Source of the DNA: Promethearchaeota archaeon
GTDB taxonomy: Archaea > Asgardarchaeota > Lokiarchaeia > Sigyniarchaeales > SOKP01
Assembly (NCBI GenBank): GCA_016930515.1
Contig: JAFGGO010000051.1
Location: 1 to 45,950 of the forward strand
Direction of reading: 5' to 3'
DNA length: 45,950 nt
In this document: one piece after another, positions 38,819 to 45,950 of the stretch
How positions within the stretch are numbered: position 1 is the first letter of the stretch
Layout: every line of letters begins with the position of its first letter
Position numbers and translations under genes: made by a program
Notes under the pieces: model-generated
The model's input: only the letters and a program-made list of their open reading frames with translations
What the model was told of the DNA's origin: nothing
Databases searched by the model: none

Positions 38819-39487
38819 TTAATAAGAACGATCTGCATGACCACAATCTAGTACCCTATCTTTAGACATCTTAAATCCCAAACCATGCTCAATTTCCCAT
38901 TCGCAGTCGAATTCATAACCCACATGTGCTATGTTTTCTTCAAATTTATTGTGGATATAAATATTTCTCAATGTAATTAGCTTTTCTAATTGATCAATAG
39001 TATTAATATCAGGCAAATCTTCGTACCTTTTTTGTTGTATTCTATATTCAACTAACAGGAAATCCAACATGTTTTTTTTAATAATTTCTGAATTTTCAAT
39101 TATATAATTATAAGCATTAATGTGCCCTTGTTTTATTTCTTCTCCGAAAATCTTTAATGTAGCTCTTCCCGTTTTAAACGGGTCTTCAGGATTCGAAGAA
39201 TCAAATCTCCAGACATCTAATTGAATCAACCCTTCCCATCCAAAAGGAGATAATACCATATCTGGAATGCTGTTTTTCTCTTTTATCGTTGATTTGATAA
39301 ATGTCAATCCTTTTTGGTGATATTCTTCTTTTATTTCAAGCTCTTCTATTTCATCCTCGAGCTCTTCAATTCTATGGAATGCCTCGCAGTTTTTACACTC
39401 AATCTTCTTGCATTTTTCTAATGTATCGCATTTTTTTACAAGCGATGCTCTTTCTTTTTCAAGCTTTTTTATTTCTTCTTTATACAT
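38819..39487 (-). CDS. Coiled-coil/Cys-cluster N-terminus fused to a DUF6985-like domain
   Basis: C-x5-C-x4-C-x2-C N-terminus. C-terminal GYEFDCEWEIEHGLGF. Confidence 0.6.
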   Translation of the reverse strand: MYKEEIKKLEKERASLVKKCDTLEKCKKIECKNCEAFHRIEELEDEIEELEIKEEYHQKGLTFIKSTIKEKNSIPDMVLSPFGWEGLIQLDVWRFDSSNPEDPFKTGRATLKIFGEEIKQGHINAYNYIIENSEIIKKNMLDFLLVEYRIQQKRYEDLPDINTIDQLEKLITLRNIYIHNKFEENIAHVGYEFDCEWEIEHGLGFKMSKDRVLDCGHADRSY

Positions 39488-39583
39488 GTTCTTTTCACCA
39501 TTCTTTACATCACAATTTAAGATTAAACTTGAGTAATGCTATTATATATTTTTGGATTTAACACCAATTTTACTCTAGCGAGA

Positions 39584-39746
39584 AAAAATTGCCCTCAAGG
39601 CATCTGGGGAATACGGTTAGTTTCATAACTATCGTATATTTGCATTACTAAAAACAGAACTCGAATTTAATCTTCTCGTTTTCTAACATCCTTTCCTTGT
39701 CGAAACGTCGATCGCGCGATAACTCTCGTATACTAATACAGGATAC
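39584..39746 (+). repeat. Direct repeat copy 2 (diverged Rep 3' end plus downstream region)
   Basis: Encodes KIALKASGEYG* versus KIALKSTGKYG* in copy 1. Followed by the hairpin TATCGT-AAT-ACGATA at 39760-39774. Confidence 0.9.
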
Positions 39747-39780
39747 GAAGGCTGATGGATATCGTAATACGATAAGGAGT

Positions 39781-42700
39781 TTAATTCTTTATTTTAGAGT
39801 TTTCGATAAAAACAGTGAACTGATTCTCTTGTACCATTTTAAACCTATTCCAGATTTCCTCGACTTCTTTTAACTCAATTTTTGAAATCTGAGGATATAT
39901 AAAATCTGAAAAGTCCAAATCTCTTAAATTTTGGATAATAACACCCATCTTTCTATCTTTTAGATTTGTGTTAATTTCAATTAGGTGTTGAACTATTTTT
40001 TTTAATACAAGAGTCCTAGGCGATATTTTAAACGCTTGAAATAGACAATTCAGTGTTGATAAGGATCCGAATGTGAGATAAAAGGGGAGGTCTTCGAGAA
40101 ATTTTCCAACATTATAATCCATATAATCCTTTAAAATGACATTAATTGCGTAAGTTATCCAATTAGCATAATTCTTTATAAATTGCTCGCAAAAAATAAC
40201 CGCATCTGCAATGTTGTCTTGATCGTTTGTGAAATAACTAGTGTAAAGATCTTTGTACGGTTCGTCCTTTAACCACGAAAGAATAATCAATGAAAAGTTA
40301 CTCCTCAAGTAATTTTTCGAATTTGACGATAATTTAATTTCGTCAGCTACAGAAAAAAGGGTGAAAACATTCAATAACTCATTATTTAACGATTCTGAGT
40401 ATTCTTCAGACTCTATTAATTTTTTCGAAATCAGCTCCTTTTGCATTAATTTTTGAAGTTGCAGCGTAATACTATTCATCGTGGTTGGGAGGAGTCCAAC
40501 ATTATTGCATAAATATCCAAATTTAGTAGGTTTATAAGGACTATGTCTTTCAACAACAGGATTTTCTAAGACCTCTAGCGTTGAAAGAGAATTAGTTATT
40601 AAATTTTTGACATTATTAAAGAGCGAATAAAACTTGTGTTTTTCTTTTCGAAACCCAAAAAAGGTGTTATTGAGGAATTTATTTATAGAATAACCATCAA
40701 AACTTCGTTGAACTAATGCAGAAAGTATTTCCCTGTTAAGGGAAAGCATGTCTAAAGTAGCTTTTCTTTGTTTATTTTCTTCGTAACTATTCTTTGGGTG
40801 CATCCTGCTAACTTTTTCGCTTTCTAATATCGTTTCAAAGAAACTTTGTACATTTTCAATAGACTCCGTATTGCTATAAATGTATTCTTCTGCCTTCTCG
40901 TGCTCAAAATTATCTGTTTCTATGAGAATGATAAATCCTTCTGTAGATTCAAGAGCTCTTCCCGCTCTTCCAGCAATGTTCCTGAATAACATTTTTGACA
41001 GATATTCATATCTCATCCACAACGAAGGGATTATAATGCTAGAAACAGGCGTGTTCATACCTTCTGCTAAAGTTGTTGTAGCAGAGACAATCTTTAATCT
41101 ATTGGTTTTGATCAATTTTTCTATCAAATCTCTTATATTAGGAGGCAATCCTGCGTGATGATATGCTATCCCTTTTTCAACATAATTCGCGAGCTTTACA
41201 TCGTTGCCCATCGTAAATCTTATCAAATTTGCTGCGTTTTTATTTATACTTTTATTGTTTCTAAATAATTCATAGAGTTCTTGAGCGTATTCTTCTGCTT
41301 TAGGTCGAGATATAGAAAATATCATACTTAAACCATAATTTCTTTGAAATTGTCTCGCTAGATAGATCGCTTTTTCTTTTGTTCTGAATTTTTTAAGATG
41401 AGTCATATTTGGTTTAAATCCCTTTAGATCTCCGTAAAAAACTAGAAAACCTTCTTTAGTCAATAGAGAATGAACTGCGCGAGTAGGGCTCCAGCTCGAT
41501 TTTTGAAACCTACCTTTTTCAACATTCAACCAATTGGCGATTTCGTCTGGATTTGGAGTAACAGCAGACAACATCACGATTTTTTCAGGTTTATTTTTGC
41601 GTTTTTTAAGATTAGTAATTAGAATTTCCAAGTTTAAACCACGAATATTACTTCCTAAATTATGAGCTTCATCAATGATAATAAGTTCAAGATTTTCCAA
41701 ATTTTTATTATTCTGGTTGAGGAGGATTTCGAATTTTTCAAGAGTAAATATTAGGACACTAGATGTTTCCAAAATAAACTCATCTAATTCAGGCATTGAG
41801 ATTCCCCCAACAAGAATTCCAACATTAAATCCTAAAGGATTAAGAGATTCAGCGAGATTATCGTATACTTGAGAAGCCAAGGCTCTGGAAGGGACGATAT
41901 ATATTATCTTGGAACGAATGTTACTCGCTAACGAAGCAATAATACATATTTCAGCAATTAAAGACTTTCCTGCGCTTGTAGGAGCAGAAACAACGAAATC
42001 ATTTTTTTCTAGAATTCCAGAATTTATTGCTTCAATTTGGGAAGGCCAAAGTTCAATAATTCCGCGTTTTATTAATTGTTTTTTGTACTTCTTCCATAGG
42101 ATTGAATCATGAGGCAAATTATAAACGATTCTTTTAAATTCTCTTTTAAAGCTAACTTCTAGTAATTCGGTGATGAAGAATAAATTTACATCTTGGTTAA
42201 TATCGAAATTTTTCTTTGCTTTCTTTAATATGTCCAGAGCCTCTTCTAAATATGTAAATCGCCCCTCTTTCCAAAATATTTCTAGTCGTTCGAACGATGT
42301 GATCATTTGAAATAATCCCAATATCGTCCTAAATTTGCTAGGATCTTTATTTACTAAATCTTCGAAACTAGACCTTATATTAGAACTTAATCTCAGATTT
42401 TTTGTTAAATCTTTAATATCTCTAGAAATATATGCAATAATCACATCCGTGTAAATAAATTGCAAATTATTCCATGTTTCTAATGGTTCAATTTCATTCC
42501 TTCTGAATTCCTTGACTTTTTCTATGATCACTTTCGCGTTTGCTATTTTATCTGCTAGATCATAACATATACTTGTTAAAAGATATAAATCAGCGCTTTT
42601 TTCAAAATTTCTTTTGTATTTTTCAGAATACCTGAGCAACAGTTCTAAATATCGTGCAACTTCTTCAAAATGGGTTTCTTGTAGTATTTGGCTTTTTGAA

Positions 42701-42918
42701 AATTGAAAAAGTGTGGCTTGGATGAATATATATGCACCAATTATCAATTTCTCTTCATTTAAGGTTCCAGAATCATTGCTTGAATTAATAAATGCAAAGA
42801 TGTCTTTTATTCCAAATTGATCATATAGATTTTTACTTGCTAATTCTATGAAATCTTTTCTTAAATCAATTGATTTTAATAATTCTATAATTTTATTTAT
42901 TTCAACATCATCAGACAT
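39781..42918 (-). CDS. Ski2-like DEAH helicase, Hachiman HamB-like
   Basis: LWPSQ, APTSAGKS, DEAH, LSAV, GIAYHHAGL, TTTLAEGMN, NIAGRAGR, with a long helical N-terminus. ATG 42918 overlaps the upstream stop codon. Confidence 0.85.
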   Translation of the reverse strand: MSDDVEINKIIELLKSIDLRKDFIELASKNLYDQFGIKDIFAFINSSNDSGTLNEEKLIIGAYIFIQATLFQFSKSQILQETHFEEVARYLELLLRYSEKYKRNFEKSADLYLLTSICYDLADKIANAKVIIEKVKEFRRNEIEPLETWNNLQFIYTDVIIAYISRDIKDLTKNLRLSSNIRSSFEDLVNKDPSKFRTILGLFQMITSFERLEIFWKEGRFTYLEEALDILKKAKKNFDINQDVNLFFITELLEVSFKREFKRIVYNLPHDSILWKKYKKQLIKRGIIELWPSQIEAINSGILEKNDFVVSAPTSAGKSLIAEICIIASLASNIRSKIIYIVPSRALASQVYDNLAESLNPLGFNVGILVGGISMPELDEFILETSSVLIFTLEKFEILLNQNNKNLENLELIIIDEAHNLGSNIRGLNLEILITNLKKRKNKPEKIVMLSAVTPNPDEIANWLNVEKGRFQKSSWSPTRAVHSLLTKEGFLVFYGDLKGFKPNMTHLKKFRTKEKAIYLARQFQRNYGLSMIFSISRPKAEEYAQELYELFRNNKSINKNAANLIRFTMGNDVKLANYVEKGIAYHHAGLPPNIRDLIEKLIKTNRLKIVSATTTLAEGMNTPVSSIIIPSLWMRYEYLSKMLFRNIAGRAGRALESTEGFIILIETDNFEHEKAEEYIYSNTESIENVQSFFETILESEKVSRMHPKNSYEENKQRKATLDMLSLNREILSALVQRSFDGYSINKFLNNTFFGFRKEKHKFYSLFNNVKNLITNSLSTLEVLENPVVERHSPYKPTKFGYLCNNVGLLPTTMNSITLQLQKLMQKELISKKLIESEEYSESLNNELLNVFTLFSVADEIKLSSNSKNYLRSNFSLIILSWLKDEPYKDLYTSYFTNDQDNIADAVIFCEQFIKNYANWITYAINVILKDYMDYNVGKFLEDLPFYLTFGSLSTLNCLFQAFKISPRTLVLKKIVQHLIEINTNLKDRKMGVIIQNLRDLDFSDFIYPQISKIELKEVEEIWNRFKMVQENQFTVFIENSKIKN

Positions 42919-43543
42919 CTTTAGCAACTCTTTCATATATTCTTTCTGAGCTTGAAATGATATTATTATATTCTACATTTCTTCTAAATGCAGAACCAAA
43001 ATCGTTTAACTCTGTTTCAAAACGCTTTCCAATATTTCTAGTTACATTTGGAGATATAAAAAATCCAATTATGTTCATTTTATCGTATTTTCCATTATAA
43101 ATTTCTTTTAAAACGCTTAACACGGGAAATAACTTTATTTTATTCTCATAGTGTTTTTGATACCAAAATGCTTTCTGAACAAAATATTTTATTCCCTCAT
43201 TTTTTATTTCAGAAACTAGTTCTGAGATTTGAGTGGACATACTTTTTTTAGTTTGGCTTGTCTTAGCTTCTAAGATCCATAAATTTTTACATTGATCAAA
43301 GCATAACGCATCATAATTAGGCAAGTCTTGATCTAATGCAAGCGGAATTGCCCAGGGTAATATTGGAATATCCAAATCAAAATACTTTTCTGATAAAAAT
43401 GTAGACATTGCATGTCCTACTCTAGAAAATACTGTTTTTTCAAGCTTAGGCAATACAGATATGGTTAATCCCACTTCTCTACATTCCTGAAGTAAATCCT
43501 CATCTTCTGGAGTTTCTGCTTTTAGTGACATATTCTTAATCAT
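42911..43543 (-). CDS. PD-(D/E)xK nuclease, Hachiman HamA (DUF1837)-like
   Basis: YDAL...LWILEAK motif, translationally coupled to the helicase. The frame is open about 33 codons further upstream without a standard start. Confidence 0.65.
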   Translation of the reverse strand: MIKNMSLKAETPEDEDLLQECREVGLTISVLPKLEKTVFSRVGHAMSTFLSEKYFDLDIPILPWAIPLALDQDLPNYDALCFDQCKNLWILEAKTSQTKKSMSTQISELVSEIKNEGIKYFVQKAFWYQKHYENKIKLFPVLSVLKEIYNGKYDKMNIIGFFISPNVTRNIGKRFETELNDFGSAFRRNVEYNNIISSSERIYERVAKDV

Positions 43544-44013
43544 ATATTCAACAAGTTCATCTTCTAATTTGTTAATATCACTTATTTCAATTAATCCCCC
43601 TTTAGGATTTCTGATATCAACAATGTCACCTCTGCAAGGAATTTAAAACACCTATAGAATTTTCATATTATTTTTTTTATGATTTCTACAAAATAGAAAT
43701 ATCGTAGATTTCTTGAACCGTAAAAGTCATAAACTCAACATTTCTTGATTTTTTTCCAGATTTTTAAAAGAAAAATCAGTTGAATTCATATTCAACCTGC
43801 CCAAATGTGTCAATATAAAAAACAATACACCCAATCATAATAAGCTTTTGCATATTTCTGGCAAATTTCTTTATCTAGGGTTTTAATTATTTTTTGAAAA
43901 TCTCTTTCCTTTTTAGTATTTATGTTATTGTTATTCCTAATTTTTATAAGAAAGTGTTACTTTTTACTTAGACAAGGATTTGAATAAATACACTTTTTTC
44001 TGAATAATTGAAT

Positions 44014-45615
44014 ATGCAAATCAATTACCCCATATATGGACACTGTCCTAAGTGTAATGAACCTTTAGGATAGATAGAAGGAGAATCGGAAAATATAATC
44101 TGCTATAAATGCAACAGTTTCAAGATAATAGAAAAAAAAATAGCTCTCCTGCAATACAAAGATAAACTAAAAAAAATTCGAGACGATTTTAGAAAGGGCA
44201 TTAAAAATAGTCATATCGATCGATATTTTGCTAATTATTTAACTTTAAGCGAAGCGATTTGTTGCAGTAAGGACGAGGAATATTTAACATTAAGCTCTAC
44301 AGAATTTGAGTCTGGAGGATTAATTGATTTTAAAAATTTTGTTATAGGATCTATAGGAATAAAGTGGATTTTAGAAGATCTAAATTTTATCTATAGCACT
44401 AGTAAAAATTATGATAATATTGTTTTTGGATTACCACAAGAATGGATAATTAACTTCCAAAAATATATTTATTTGGATAATAACCTCGGGTATATTGTTA
44501 AGGATAATATGGATAATGAGAGATTCTATTATTTCGAAAAATTAGAATTTTATTTTAATTCTTTGAATCAGTTTGGTATGTTTGACCCAACAAAATTGGA
44601 TAAAAAAGAAAATATTGAGATTATAAAGGAATTATTGAAAAAAGAAAAAAATTCTGAATATGCTAAACAAATGGCATTTATTCATATTCCTCTTTTTTTT
44701 GTTTGTATGGCTTATCAACAATATCCAAATGCTGAAGATAGGATTTTTTCATTTGAAGATATATTATATGATCCAATAGTAATAGATTATTTAGGTTATA
44801 TATATAATCAATATAAAGATAAAAGAGCACGAAGTCCGAAAGAATGGAGTCATGATAATCCTTGTTTTCTCTACATTGATTTTAATAATCTTAAAAAAGA
44901 TATACCTAAAATTGAATGGAATCAAATGTTAAAAACACATATAATTTCGTCTCAATATAATTCTATGAGTTTTCCATTATTGATAGAATACAAAGGAAAA
45001 ATACTGATTGCACCAACGAGATTAAAAATAGCTAGAGAAATGATATACGAAAGACTTCTTCATAACTTTATTCATAGTCATTTATCCATTGTTTCTGAGA
45101 ATGACTTTCAAAAAAAAATATTAGATATTTTAGAAAAGAATAATTGTATGGTGAGAGATCCTTTAACAAATAAATATTGGATATATATTAGCGATAAAAA
45201 AAAAGCTACATTCGAATTTGATATACTTGCCGTGTTTAATAACTATATTCTTGTTATTGAATGTAAGGCGTTTCATCCAACTGCTTTTTACCATTTACTT
45301 CCTACAGTTGAGGGAAGGAGAAAAAAAGTCCAATATTATAGCGAACAGTTCAAAAAAAAAATTCATCCTTGGTTTTGTGAAAACTTAAAGAAATCTAGAT
45401 TGGGCCATATAAATATTGTATGTCGATCAAGAGATATTGGTGCTACAAAAACAAAACAATTTACTCTAAATCTTGAAGATCGTATTAAATATATCGACCA
45501 TAAACAAATTATTGGACTATTTATAACACAACATAAAGAGTATTTCAAGGGGTATTCAAATATATTTCAAATCCACTATAAAGATATTGAAGATTTTCTT
45601 GACCATTTAAAGTGA
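44014..45615 (+). pseudogene. Zn-ribbon plus PD-(D/E)xK (NERD-like) nuclease interrupted by one in-frame TAG
   Basis: ATG 44014 gives MQINYPIYGHCPKCNEPLG*IEGESENIICYKC... with TAG at 44071-44073. Otherwise open into ORF 44473..45615, which carries FEFDILA...VIECK. Confidence 0.8.
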
Positions 45616-45794
45616 GAGATTCTAACTATTTTTACTCAACTTAATTTATTAATTTTCCTCAGAACACATCAATTGAACGCAATAATTCTTAGTAATTCCT
45701 TATAGTTCAAAAAAGAACGATATTAATCCTAATACGATGAATTTTAATAATAAAAGAATATGTATTTTTAACAAGTAGTTACAAGCGAGTTAAC

Positions 45795-45947
45795 ATGGGA
45801 AAGCACCTTAAGTTCAAGGAAGAAAGCTCGGTGGAGTGCTTTCGAGTTCCAAAAAGCAAGAGAAAAAATTATCGAGAATGTATAAATAAAATTATAAATG
45901 AGAAATTCATAAAAGATAAAGAAAAATTAAAGGAAAGAAGCGATTAA
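45795..45947 (+). CDS. 50-aa ribbon-helix-helix / CopG-like protein
   Basis: MGKHLKFKEESSVECFRVPKSKRKNYRECINKII...: a beta-strand x-F-R-V-P followed by helices. Below the ORF-track length cutoff. Confidence 0.5.
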   Translation: MGKHLKFKEESSVECFRVPKSKRKNYRECINKIINEKFIKDKEKLKERSD

Positions 45948-45950
45948 ATT

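Noticed and set aside
38648-39746. Direct repeats as attL/attR sites or a DGR TR/VR pair
   Set aside because: The copies are too diverged for att sites, differences are not confined to adenines, and no integrase, tRNA or RT is adjacent.
13782-44073. Genome-wide stop-codon reassignment (TAG to Pyl/Gln, or TGA to Trp)
   Set aside because: TAG ends the SPT-like gene at its natural C-terminus and also ends 27783 and 37967. TGA ends three paralogues where the fourth uses TAA. TGG is used for Trp throughout.

Overview
AT-rich archaeal DNA, most likely from an Asgard archaeon (Lokiarchaeia/Promethearchaeota-like). This assignment is inferred from several Arf/Rab-like GTPases, longin/uDENN-like domains, TPR-longin and wHTH-TPR proteins, PGF/Loki-CTERM-type anchored surface proteins and an archaeal-type hisF. 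The left and centre hold a C25 peptidase-PKD surface protein, a CTP-dependent lipid kinase, and a longin-Arf-longin-PAS-PAS-pseudo-histidine-kinase fusion. They also hold a duplicated flavoprotein pair, a Bacteroidota-type serine-palmitoyltransferase-like enzyme, a radical SAM/SPASM enzyme directly behind a membrane protein ending in a CGGC-G9-CGGC-GG tail, four tandem V4R/DUF2378-like paralogues, hisF, a Rab GTPase and several pseudogenes. The right end (about 38.0-45.95 kb) is an accessory island: a GC-rich rolling-circle (HUH) Rep remnant whose 3' end is repeated around a cargo gene, a Hachiman-like nuclease/helicase pair, an amber-interrupted Zn-ribbon nuclease and a small RHH-like ORF. 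No rRNA, tRNA or CRISPR array was recognised. All family calls come from reading motifs by eye, not from database searches.
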